Assembly: GCA_044892525.1 (NCBI GenBank)
Contig: CM097887.1
Location: 10,974,001-11,038,000, forward strand
From: Schmidtea polychroa
Lineage: Eukaryota
Direction: 5' to 3'
Length of the DNA: 64,000 bases
The stretch's first letter is position 1, and each line of letters starts with the position of its first letter. The notes beneath the pieces are model-generated. The model had not been told where the DNA came from. It worked only from the letters and a program-made list of their open reading frames with translations, and did not search any database. Below are positions 9,749 through 20,290 of the stretch, piece by piece. The position numbers and the translations under genes are program-made.

Positions 9749-10177
9749 ATTTTTATCATTGTTGTATAATTTTCCGTGTTCGTGTTATATTTTTTTTGAA
9801 TGAATGAATTAAGTTAATTATGCAATTGCGGGACGCAATTTTGATGGGTCCCCGAGTGATTTGTTGGGCTGAGTCGAAAATTTAATCGTTGAAAAATAGG
9901 AAAGTAGGGAAGTAGAACATTAAGAAAAATAATAATAAAATAAATAAAATCAGAAATAAAATAGAATAAGATATAAGGAAAATAATAAGTAAGACATAAG
10001 AATTAAAACAAAAAATAAAATTAAGAAAAGATTAAAATAGAACAAGTTGACAAATAAATAAAGAGGAATTCAAGAAATAATAAGGAAATTAAGGAAATAA
10101 ATAGAAAAACATATTAAAAATAAAGAAAATAAGGAAAAAACAACCTAAAAACAAGAAAATTATATTAAATTAATAGA

Positions 10178-10260
10178 AATAAGCGGTACTCAACTCTGAT
10201 TGGTCCGCACAAATAAGAATTTGATATATATACAACTACCAAAAACATTAAATTTACTGT
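10178..10260 (+). promoter_or_regulatory. LTR Pol II promoter: conserved box, inverted CCAAT, TATA, initiator-like site
   Basis: AATAAGCGGTACTCAA (10178-10193) and GATTGGTCCGC are shared with 63452-63481; TATATA at ~10225; Inr-like TTACT at ~10254-10258. Confidence 0.65.
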
Positions 10261-10756
10261 TAACCCCGAGCATTTCATAGGTAAGAAAAATGTTTACTGT
10301 TGTTTACGGTTAACCCCGAGCATTTCATAGACATCTACAACTCACGGAGACTTATTTCAAGGATCAGCAATACAAGTAGAGCAACAGTTAATTCGAAAAA
10401 CTTCACAGCAATTCGAAATCAGTCACAGCAATCGACATTCAACGAACCATCATCAGACTAATTTGGAACGACTAACGTTAATTTTCCGATTCAGCCTAAT
10501 TCCATAGTAAGGGATTTTTATTTATGATATTGTTTTTCGAAGTTAATAGTAAATATGTATATTTAATGAGCAATTAAACTTTTAAATTTAACCAGACTCT
10601 CTTTTCATTTGGTCCTGAATAACGATTTTGATAAAGTAAATAATTTAAATGTTTAAAAGTATTTATTGGTAACAGGTGAACTCTTACATAATTTTTATGG
10701 ATATTTATTTTGAAGTGATAGTTTCATGATTTCTAATATTAACGAGAAACGTGGCG

Positions 10757-10824
10757 TTGAGATACTCCATGTCATGGTGTGAGGTGCCTTCGGGAGCTCA
10801 GCCGGTGGACATGGAGTATTTCAA
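10757..10824 (+). other. Long RNA hairpin capped by a cUUCGg tetraloop inside the LTR
   Basis: TTGAGATACTCCATGTC (10757-10773) pairs with GACATGGAGTATTTCAA (10808-10824), 17 bp with one G-U; inner stem TGAG/CTCA and CC-TTCG-GG. Confidence 0.6.
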
Positions 10825-12734
10825 TCACGCAGCTAGATTGGGCCGAAATGTGAAGGCTTCTTCACGGGTCCAATTGCTGAAGGACTTAAAATCTGTCAGA
10901 GTACCGAAATATAGACCGAAAGGAAACCTTCTGAAAGTTTCGAAAATAGGATATGTGCTTCACAGCGACTGAGGGAGTTCTCATATTAACTCTGTATTGT
11001 CCAGAGTCGTCTTACAAGACATTCATGCCACTTCTGTCTATAAATCCGAACTTACCATGTGGGGGAAAATACCATTAAACATCCATCGCTGGTTTTCTAA
11101 CATATCGAGAAGTTGAAATTGCATTCGGTAGATTTTTGAAAAAGTAACTCTAATTTAGGTCATCTCTTTCAGATGCGACATCCAAATCTTAGCATATGAT
11201 GAGGAATTTACAATAAAGGAAAAGTAAAACATAAAACCACAATAATACTGTATTCAATCACATATATTAACAAAATCTGGTAATACCCATTGAATAATTT
11301 TCATGCTGTTGCGTCGAAATATCCACTACTGAAATATGCTTCATAGAGTCTAGTTGGCTGGTTCGTAGAGATCTCCCATCGTTCAAAAGCATCCAATATT
11401 GAGGAAATTACGAGTCGTAGTAAATAAATCCGACATCATAAGCTCAGATGGGAATCGACACGCGATGTAACATTTGCAGTTCGCTCAGTACGGTTGATAG
11501 TTACAGATAAAATTTCCATCGAATAGGCACCCATACATACAGACATACTGCTAACATAACTATGAGTAGCGTCATCCGGTCAGAAATATGCATGAGAAAC
11601 AGCAGAATCATTCCGAGTGCCTCTCACCGCAGGGAATGCCGCCATGTGTCACCCTCTCTAGGATTCTTAGTGTGTGAGTAGTAATCAGTGGTCCTATTAG
11701 ATAATGCTGACATGAGATGTGACTTCCAGATGACTGACTCTTAAATTTCACTACTGATAAAGGCCATTCGTACCACTAAAAAGATAAGCCAAATAACCAG
11801 TAACCGACTACTAAGATAAGGGACTCTCTAAAGTGCACCCATTAAAGATAATTTTGCTTAAATTAAATATGCTAAATAAAAATCGAAATTGTTGAAGGGG
11901 TATTTTAATTAATAATCGAAAATTCAAACCAAACTTTATAACTAAACCATAGGAAGTTTTACCTAAGTGTTGTAGAGGTTTATCGTAATTCTAATTAGAT
12001 GTTACAAATAATAGTAGTAGCCTTCGAGCCAAATTTAAATTAACTAAAGTATCTACAGGAATTTTTGGGTTATAAAATAGCTAGTAATATTGTAGTTAAA
12101 TTTCTCATATTCCCTGTAAATGACGTATTGTAATAGAAAACTAAATCCGATAACAAATTATTATGTAATTACAATATTTTTACGATGCTATATTTCTACG
12201 ACGATATCACCGTATGGTATGGATAAGGGGTAATCATAAAATAGTGACGTATAGTTTATACGAAATTACGAGTTGTTACTTATTCCGCTACTTGAGGTAA
12301 GGGTGCAAGTTTTTACTAGTTGCATTTGGTCCAAAAACCTTATTTTGCATTAGAATAACAACAAATAATCAGCGAAATTTAAACGAAGTGTAGTATAGTG
12401 TATTTGTAATGAAATAGGGTTATTCGCTCCGGCATGAATAAATCCGTAAATTGCCTTTATGTGCGATAGATAGAAATCCAACTCGAACGCGATAGACGAA
12501 AATTAAAATTTTTACAAATAATTTGCATTCGTCAGGGAAGCAATCAGGGCGTTGGGGAATAATTTTCTGTAAAGGATACGTAAAATATTAGTAATCAAGG
12601 GTGAAGGGAGGGATCCTGTTTCATCGACTCGTCTTGTTTTCTTCCAGCACTAAGTATCCAATAGCGAATAAACCGTATATCTGATCCGAAATTTTTGGAT
12701 ATAGTCATCATAGTTTTCTTCTTTAGCCATCCAT

Positions 12735-13487
12735 ATGTTATCAAACCACAAATCAGCTCTACGTCCCTGCTTCTCCTGCTCAGATAAAAATGCAGTGATT
12801 AAAGATCTTCAAGCCCAGATCGGTCGATATAAACGAAAAATCGACGAACTGGAAGGGACATGGTTTAGTCCCGCTCGGATGAAGGAGATCCAAAAGAAGC
12901 TCGATCGTAGCGAGCATTGCCGGGACGCGCTAATATCTGAGAGCCGTGCCCAAAGAAGTCTAATCAGAGAACAATCCGAGGCACTGCATAAGGTTTACGT
13001 GCAGGCGGCTACAACCCGAAAAATAGTGCAGATTCCCATCCGAGAGGCCGATGACATCTTTCCGCCTCATCACAACCTTTCCTCGAATCCATCTCCACCG
13101 TTCAAGAGACCGTGCCAAGACTGCGTCGAAAACGAATTGTCCCCCAAGCGACCAGATGTTGTCGTCACGGGTACCAGTAAGCCCCCCACTGCTAGTCCAT
13201 CTGTATCAGTCACCCCTCTGCAAGTGGCATCTTCAAGCAAACCCAAGCGCAAACAACTCTCTCGTGCAGAGCGCAAGAAGAGACAGCGCGAACGCGCCAC
13301 TACCAAGCCAAACATCCCATCAATAGAGGACTCAACCAACGGTGGCAACTCTCACGTGTCCATCGACCTAACAACGGGACCCTCAGCACGAATCATATCA
13401 GCCGCTGGCGTAACGTGGGAAGAGAACGCTTCCGAGTTTTTTAACCTCGACGAATTATTCGCCGACGCTGAATGGGAGAAACAATAG
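12735..13487 (+). CDS. 250-aa LTR-internal ORF (coiled coil, basic cluster, acidic-aromatic C-terminus; putative regulatory protein)
   Basis: Uninterrupted ORF in a GC-richer block; polypyrimidine acceptor ttttcttctttag (AG 12725-12726) just before ATG; KPKRKQLSRAERKKRQRER; C-terminal EFFNLDELFADAEWEKQ; AATAAA at 13611. Confidence 0.65.
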   Translation: MLSNHKSALRPCFSCSDKNAVIKDLQAQIGRYKRKIDELEGTWFSPARMKEIQKKLDRSEHCRDALISESRAQRSLIREQSEALHKVYVQAATTRKIVQIPIREADDIFPPHHNLSSNPSPPFKRPCQDCVENELSPKRPDVVVTGTSKPPTASPSVSVTPLQVASSSKPKRKQLSRAERKKRQRERATTKPNIPSIEDSTNGGNSHVSIDLTTGPSARIISAAGVTWEENASEFFNLDELFADAEWEKQ

Positions 13488-15769
13488 AACCCCAGTGGCG
13501 GTCAGGACGAAGAACAAGGATCCGATCTATGTTGATTATGATGTTTTCTCTTCTTTCGACAAACATTAGTAAAGTGTACAGCTGAATCCTTGTGTCATAA
13601 CGTTGAAATTAATAAATCTTGTTGTCTTACACGTTTTCGTTCATGAATAATTAGACTTTAATTAAGTGGGTTGAGTAGAGAACCCGCCAGATCTAGTGAG
13701 AAATTCCCAATTTGTATTCAGCGAATCCTGATAAGTGGTTGTGTAAGGAAAAGGACGTAAGCCCTTCTAACGGCAGTCGTGAATGGGAAGTCGAGGCCTC
13801 AGCAAGGAGTAGTTTTAAGGCAGAAGCTCACCTGCTTGCTGGCGTCTCGCCTGCATAGTGCAGTACCAACGTGAAGTGATTCACGGGCACTATGTTGGAA
13901 GAAAGTTATGTGGGGTTTCACTCCAGGTTGACAAATCGGTGGCACCTTTTATTCGAGATGGACAATCAACCCTTAGACCCGTCAACATGGTAGAGTGGTC
14001 AGCCGAGGTGTAACCCCAACAGTAAGTATAAATAGCCAATTTCTTATACAAAAAGAAAAAGACATATAAAAGCGTGATCATGCACAGAAAGGATAGTAAA
14101 GGAAGGTATAATGGAAGCAGTATTAGAAAATGCCAAAAGCAATTGCGAAAGGAAAGAATTCGGAAATCCGAGAAAAATCAATAAATTGTAAAATCATCGA
14201 AATCGAATTGGGAAAATGGGACAAGTATAGATTAGCTAATGGTTAACAAGATGATGATTAGGGATTTATCAGAAAATGGTTAGGAAGGGTCAAAAAGCAT
14301 TAAAAATGAATAAAAACAGAAAACATTAATTAATTAATTAATTGGCTAATAGAAAACCCGATCTAATGGGAAACCCGAGCCAATGGAGAACCCGAGATAT
14401 GAAGGAAACCCGAGCTGGGTAAACAAGAAGAAAAGTAAACAGAATGAAGATTTGGGCCCATTAGCTTGACACAATGATTAAGTGGAAAAGAGCAAGGAGA
14501 AGATAATGCGTGTAGAAAGGCCGGAAGGGCCATTAATTATCTTTGTTCGTTGGACCATTATGACTGACAGCCGAAACAGATATGTGGAAGCAAATGTCAA
14601 GTGAGAGATTGGCTCGGCAATAACCATTTGTCATCCCGATTTCGAAGAGTATATAAGGAAGGGGAAAATCAGAGCAAATCGGCATTTTGCCTCAGCTAGG
14701 GTTAGAATAAATCAAGCTTAGGAAAAGGTAAAAACGAATTTAGGAGATTAGGGAAAAATAAGATATAGAATAGGAATACGGAAAGGTGAAAAGAATCAAA
14801 TCAAACAGAAAAAGAGGAAAACGTGGGTCAAGAGAATCTAAAGAAATAAAAGGTGAATATTATCTTTTGTCAAAGCATCAACGCCGTGCTGAGAATCGGT
14901 CAAACGTAACTTTGACTATTGATTGTAAACTGTTGAGAAAAGATTGTAAATTTTGTTATTCCAATATACGTTGGGTCGTTATGGTTTTGATTTATAGGAC
15001 ACGAGGATTCAGAAGGTACCGACTTAAATTAACTGAAAACCCAACAAACAAAACAATTATTTTTACATATTACATTTTACATTTTTTACATTTTAAAAGT
15101 GAAAAAACGTGACAGTGACAGACTAATAACGTGGGTAAGAAGAAAACATAAAATCGCTCGCCACGAACAAAAAAATTAAACTTCCGGTGACTTTAAGAAA
15201 AAATAAATCTTGATTATCATTATTTTAGAGAAATCAAATAAAAGTTAAAACTTCAAAAACTGCACTTTTTTCTTGACAGAAAGACAGGAAATTTACATCT
15301 CTCTGGTCATAGTCAACCGGGAGACGGGAGACAAAAGCTGATTTCCAGAGACTCCCAGCCAAAACGGGAAAGTTGGCAAGCCTAGAAAGTACATTTGGTA
15401 AATTTACTCAATTGTTATTTTTCAAAAATTGAACTCGTATATAAAACCTTCAATTCTGAGAAATTGTGATATAAAGAAAATATGTTTTATTATTTGATGG
15501 ATTTTGGTTGATTTAGCCAAAAGGACATGCGGAGTCATGAAATGAAATTCTACCCGAACCTTTGAATATTAACCCAACAATTATAAACTGAAACATTTAA
15601 ATAAATTCCTTTAAAAATTTTCAAGTTCACTTAGCATTTTATATACTAAAAAGTAATCCTTAAAATATAAATTGTTTTAAAATTGTTGAAGTATTGTACA
15701 CCAAGAAACGCTTTTCATTTTTTTCAGTTTTTCATATTAATAAATTATATGTCTCTTAAGTCTTCTAAT

Positions 15770-15997
15770 ATGGCGACCACGCCAGGACCAAATAAAAATA
15801 ACACATTAAATGCTTTTTTTCCAACGCCGAAAATCTTAACAATTGGAGACGGTCTGGAAATTTTTTTAGAAGAGATTAGAATATTTTATGATTTAACTAA
15901 ACTACAATTCAATTACAAAAAAACTTTTATAAGAGTATTCATGACAACAGATGCGGCTAAATTATATGAAGGAGTCAATGAAGAAATTTACAGCTAG
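15770..15997 (+). pseudogene. Possible retrotransposon gag N-terminal remnant
   Basis: PKILTIGDGLEIFLEEIRIFY...KKTFIRVF...AAKLY loosely resembles Gypsy gag N-termini; weak by-eye similarity only. Confidence 0.25.
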
Positions 15998-16468
15998 AAT
16001 ACTCTAATAAAGATGGCATTCAGCTTACTAAGATTTCACACTCAGGCGCAAGTTTGTGTTTTATAGATGGAATTTATTGGTTTCTTTTCATTATCAAAAT
16101 TGTTTAGCTTTTAGTAATTGCAACTAGAATTTATTTCATATTCGATTTATATATATTTATTTACTCGAGCCTTGTTATCTTTTGCAGATTTTCGGTGGCC
16201 TTATGGAGAATAAATGACACAAATCTGTGTTCTTTTTCTCCAATGATATTTTTATGTTTTCCACACTTTTTTTAAAAAAAGTTTACTTCAGAAAATTTAA
16301 AAGACACTTAAGCCTTTGAAGTCACACGATTACGGAGCTTGAATATCAAAATTGTAGTTATTACTTCATTTTCGGTTAAACTTTAAAATAATTTTCAAAA
16401 TATGTCATTATGAAAAAAAATTTCAATGAAAGATAAAGGTGAAGATGTCAGTTATCAGAAATGTCTTG

Positions 16469-19400
16469 TTATCTGAGTAGAGGCATTCTTTCATTGTTGT
16501 ATATATAATTTGGTCTTTCCTCCTTCTCCTCATCTTCTTCAATGACTTTATAAGTCGTGTGACTTATTTGGTTAGGTCTGAAGCAATACAACCCTACAAG
16601 GGTGGCAACTACAACTACAACGACAACCGCCGTTAGAATGTAGTAAATGTCTGACGAGCTCTTTTCGAAATCTAGTGGGTCGTCTAAAATAAAAATATAA
16701 AATTTTAATTTCAATTATAGAGATTTCATTTTGTTTACAAAACTAACAAATCTTACTTGTGAATAATCTATTTCCAATAATATTGTTATCGTAAGCATAG
16801 CCGAACTTATTTGCCGGAGTAAACAAATTCTTATTTCTGATTAATGGTATGAAAGGCACAATAAAGTCATCACTATGCTGTCCAATTGGTATTGAAAATT
16901 TTTCCGGGTACTAATAATATTTAATTACTATAATTAAATTGGAGTAAATTCCCAAAATGCAAATTTAAAATTATTAACTAGAAAATTTTTAAATAAAATT
17001 ATAAGAAATAAAATTTATAAAAAGAAGTCAAACTTTATATTTTACTTATAATTTGTCAGTACTATATATATCAGCTTTTTTGGCGAATAATATATTTTTT
17101 TATTAAATTAATTAAATAATTTTATCCTTATGAATAATATTTTCATGAATATATATTTATACTTACATATTTATATTAAGATATTAATTTTTTTATTTGT
17201 CTGTCGGAAATATTTGTAATGAGCTTAATGGAGATGATTCTATTAAAGTTGATCTTATTTTTTATATTACAAATTTTACATAAATTTTCTCCTATTTCCT
17301 TTTATTTTATATTTGATTTTAAATTTATTTTTATTTAATTTAGTATTTTATAATATATATTAATAGAAGAGGATATAATAGAGGAGCATGGTGAACCATT
17401 TGTAAGAACGGTGGTGACACCCTCGTGGTATCAAGGGTTATTATTACTGATGTGTTTCTACTAGTCTTGTACCACCAACTGAGCAAAACTGGGATAGACT
17501 GGATAACCATTCTATGGGATCCCATCAAAATGTATTTTTAAAAACTAAGTATTTTTCCTCTCCAAATTTCCAAAAAGAAAAAAAATACTCACTGGTATTG
17601 GCTCCCGGTTAATCACATTATTTATCGAGTATTTTAATATAAATTTCTTTTTTTTAAGTAACAAGAACAACAAACCTACTTTAGATAGTGTATTTCTCAA
17701 AAGCCAAATTTCGAAGATTTTGTCCATAAATGTGTGGTGCAGTAAAAATAATGGATCATTGGGACTCGTAGTGAAATCCATCCAAGTTCCATTAATAAAA
17801 CTATGAACCTCATAAAGCTTAAGTTTAATACGATAAAATCATAATTTTCTTTTACCATATTATGAATCATGACATTTTGATGGGTCAGTCCTTTTCCTAT
17901 GTCTTTCATTCTCACGTCATTTGTATCTGGATCAACTCGATAATATCCTTCGGCGAAATTCCGAAAACTTTTCCTACTAAATGTGCTTGAATTGAAGGGT
18001 TCCGAATCATATTGGTTGACTGAGAATAACTCATCAATTTCGTTTTGATTAGGAAGTCTATCAACTGTCAATGAATATTTTCGCCATAAAAATGGTTCCT
18101 CTTGACCAGGATCGCAAATATGACAATCAAAATCGTAAGATTTCTGAGGGCAAATTGGTTTCCATTTGAAAAATGTGTTGTTAGAATCTTGTTCCTCAGT
18201 GGGAATATCGCCAAGTAAGTCATTTGTACATATATTACAAGTTGTTTGATTTGTCCAGTCCCAATAGGGCAAGGTAAAATTATAATATTCAAATTGTTCG
18301 ACAGCAATACTACTTAATAAGTCTTCAAACATCAGTAAATAATGTCGATGCCACGTAAAAANNNNNNNNNNNNNNNNNNNNNNNNNNNNNNNNNNNNNNN
18401 NNNNNNNNNNNNNNNNNNNNNNNNNNNNNNNNNNNNNNNNNNNNNNNNNNNNNNNNNNNNNNNNNNNNNNNNNNNNNNNNNNNNNNNNNNNNNNNNNNNN
18501 NNNNNNNNNNNNNNNNNNNNNNNNNNNNNNNNNNNNNNNNNNNNNNNNNNNNNNNNNNNNNNNNNNNNNNNNNNNNNNNNNNNNNACGAATAAATCACAA
18601 TCCTCTAAAATTAATATCAGCAACGAATTTATTGATATTATTTCATTAACTCATTAAATTATAAATACTACATCATAATTGTTTCCGTATATAGCATTTG
18701 ACACAGATTATGATGTCCGACTGATGATGAAGAAAATATCCTTTAAATATTTTTCATTTGTTTGGTGTTTTAATTAAAAATGAACCATAAATTTTTTGAT
18801 ATAACAATAATAATAACAATAATAACAATAATAACAATAATAATAATAATAATAATAGTAAAATGAAATAAAAAAAGCTTATAGTTGAAACAAAATTTTC
18901 TGTTCAAAACATAATAACATTTGCGATTCTATTTTTGATGGGTTGTTTCTAGTAATAATAATTTTTAGAAATTGTTAAAAATTATAGTTATTTAATTAGT
19001 TAAAATCTTACTTTATGAGCGAAGTCTAATTTGTTGTCCTTCTCAGTACATGATTCCATTAGATCTTTAGAAATCGTACTCCTGGACGCATAGAAATGCA
19101 AGTAAACCATTGTATCATAAATGGTGGCATTGACCAATTGAATGTTATTCTCATTGACAGGGTCGCAATGAAGATTTGAAGAAGAATTAGTGATCATGAA
19201 ATCCGACAACTGATATTTGCTGATGTTAAGTACTGACAAAAAAATAAAAACATCATATGATCCCATGTTGAGAATATTTTGTCTAATCTTTTTCGGTGAA
19301 GCTATCTCACAGTTTTTCCCTTGCCATCCTGATTTACACTTGTCACAAGCTATCCCATCATAATTTGATATGCAAATGCAAAGGAATTTAAAAAATCTTG

Positions 19401-19733
19401 ATGGCCAGTTGAGTCTGTCATCATTTTCCAATTTTCCGATAATAACATCTGGGTGCTCTGTGTGATTTTGAAAGGGAATGGTAATCTCACAAGATCCACG
19501 CAACGGACCACCGCAAATCAAATCTAAGGCAAATAAATATATTTCCACAAAACTAAATAAAATTTACCATTATACGTTGGACAACACATTGAGTTAAAAA
19601 GTGTGGCATTTCCACTGCAAATCTTTGGTATTAAGAAATCATTCAAAGGTAAGAAAGATGCGAAGATTAAACCTATTGTGATAACCAGCATGATTAAACT
19701 ACCAAAGAAAAAACCTTCAGTTTTATAAGTCAT
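16469..19733 (-). CDS. tyr: Tyrosinase / tyrosinase-related protein, multi-exon (19733-19568, 19523-19012, ~18597-17856 across the gap, 17808-17680, 16910-16757, 16683-16469)
   Basis: Signal peptide, CCP, CGG..RGSC, DDRLNWP, C.C.SNYDG..C..CKSGWQG..C; CuA LHFYASR...DFAH...TWHRHYLL...LPYWDW; CuB IHNM|VHSFINGT...SPNDPLFLLHH; PIG...VPFIPL; TM AVVVVVVVATLVGLYC; C-terminal ERMPLL. GT-AG introns of 44 and 47 nt with consistent phases. Confidence 0.9.
18362..18585. other. Assembly gap (N run) within the tyrosinase CuA region
   Basis: Run of N. Confidence 1.
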
Positions 19734-19979
19734 GTAAATGATCAAGTTACTTAATTATAGGATCATAGTTTTATATAATTATAGTTCAGAGATGTCATAA
19801 TATTACATATTATTCACCTTTTGTACTTTTGTCAACATTTTGACTCGTTTTATATTGAATTTCATTGTTCAAGAATGGCGAAAATTATGATAAAGGGGTG
19901 AATTTTACAACTAAATATTTTGCGATAGGTAAAATACAATAAAATAATATAATATATTTGAGGGAAATATTTATTGATA

Positions 19980-20146
19980 NNNNNNNNNNNNNNNNNNNNN
20001 NNNNNNNNNNNNNNNNNNNNNNNNNNNNNNNNNNNNNNNNNNNNNNNNNNNNNNNNNNNNNNNNNNNNNNNNNNNNNNNNNNNNNNNNNNNNNNNNNNNN
20101 NNNNNNNNNNNNNNNNNNNNNNNNNNNNNNNNNNNNNNNNNNNNNN
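19980..20146. other. Assembly gap (N run)
   Basis: Run of N. Confidence 1.
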
Positions 20147-20290
20147 TGTTTATTAATAATTATATTACTTTCTAAAATCACTCCAACACGAAATATAACT
20201 GATTTATCTAATCGCATCATTCTTTACATTTTATTGTTGTGAACTTAATAAATGAACTTATTTGTTGGATAATTTAAATTATAGGAATGT

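Larger units (their letters stand above)
1..15046 (+). mobile_element. 3' part of a giant Ty3/Gypsy LTR retrotransposon (element A) with cargo ORFs and a ~5.2-kb 3' LTR; 5' end lies upstream of the window
   Basis: RNaseH-then-integrase order (Gypsy type) in ORF 3..4829; five downstream co-oriented ORFs with the same A-rich codon style; LTR bounded by TGTTGGG (9862) and CCCAACA (15040-15046). Confidence 0.9.
9862..15046 (+). repeat. ~5.2-kb 3' LTR of element A
   Basis: TG...CA ends with 7-bp terminal inverted repeat (TGTTGGG/CCCAACA); first ~800 bp homologous to 63153-64000; last ~900 bp homologous to LTR 51808-52982; preceded by the GGACG.AATTTT motif found before the other LTRs' PPTs. Confidence 0.75.

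Noticed and set aside
10751-10972. 73-aa ORF overlapping the LTR hairpin
   Set aside because: Non-ATG start, no features; better explained by local GC richness.
17340-17528. GC-richer island or 62-aa ORF inside the tyrosinase gene as an extra exon
   Set aside because: Flanking exons splice in phase directly (NTLSK|YPEKF) with canonical spacing; no recognisable peptide in any frame.
18719-18740. CTGATGATGAAGAAA as a second hammerhead
   Set aside because: No stem II can form.
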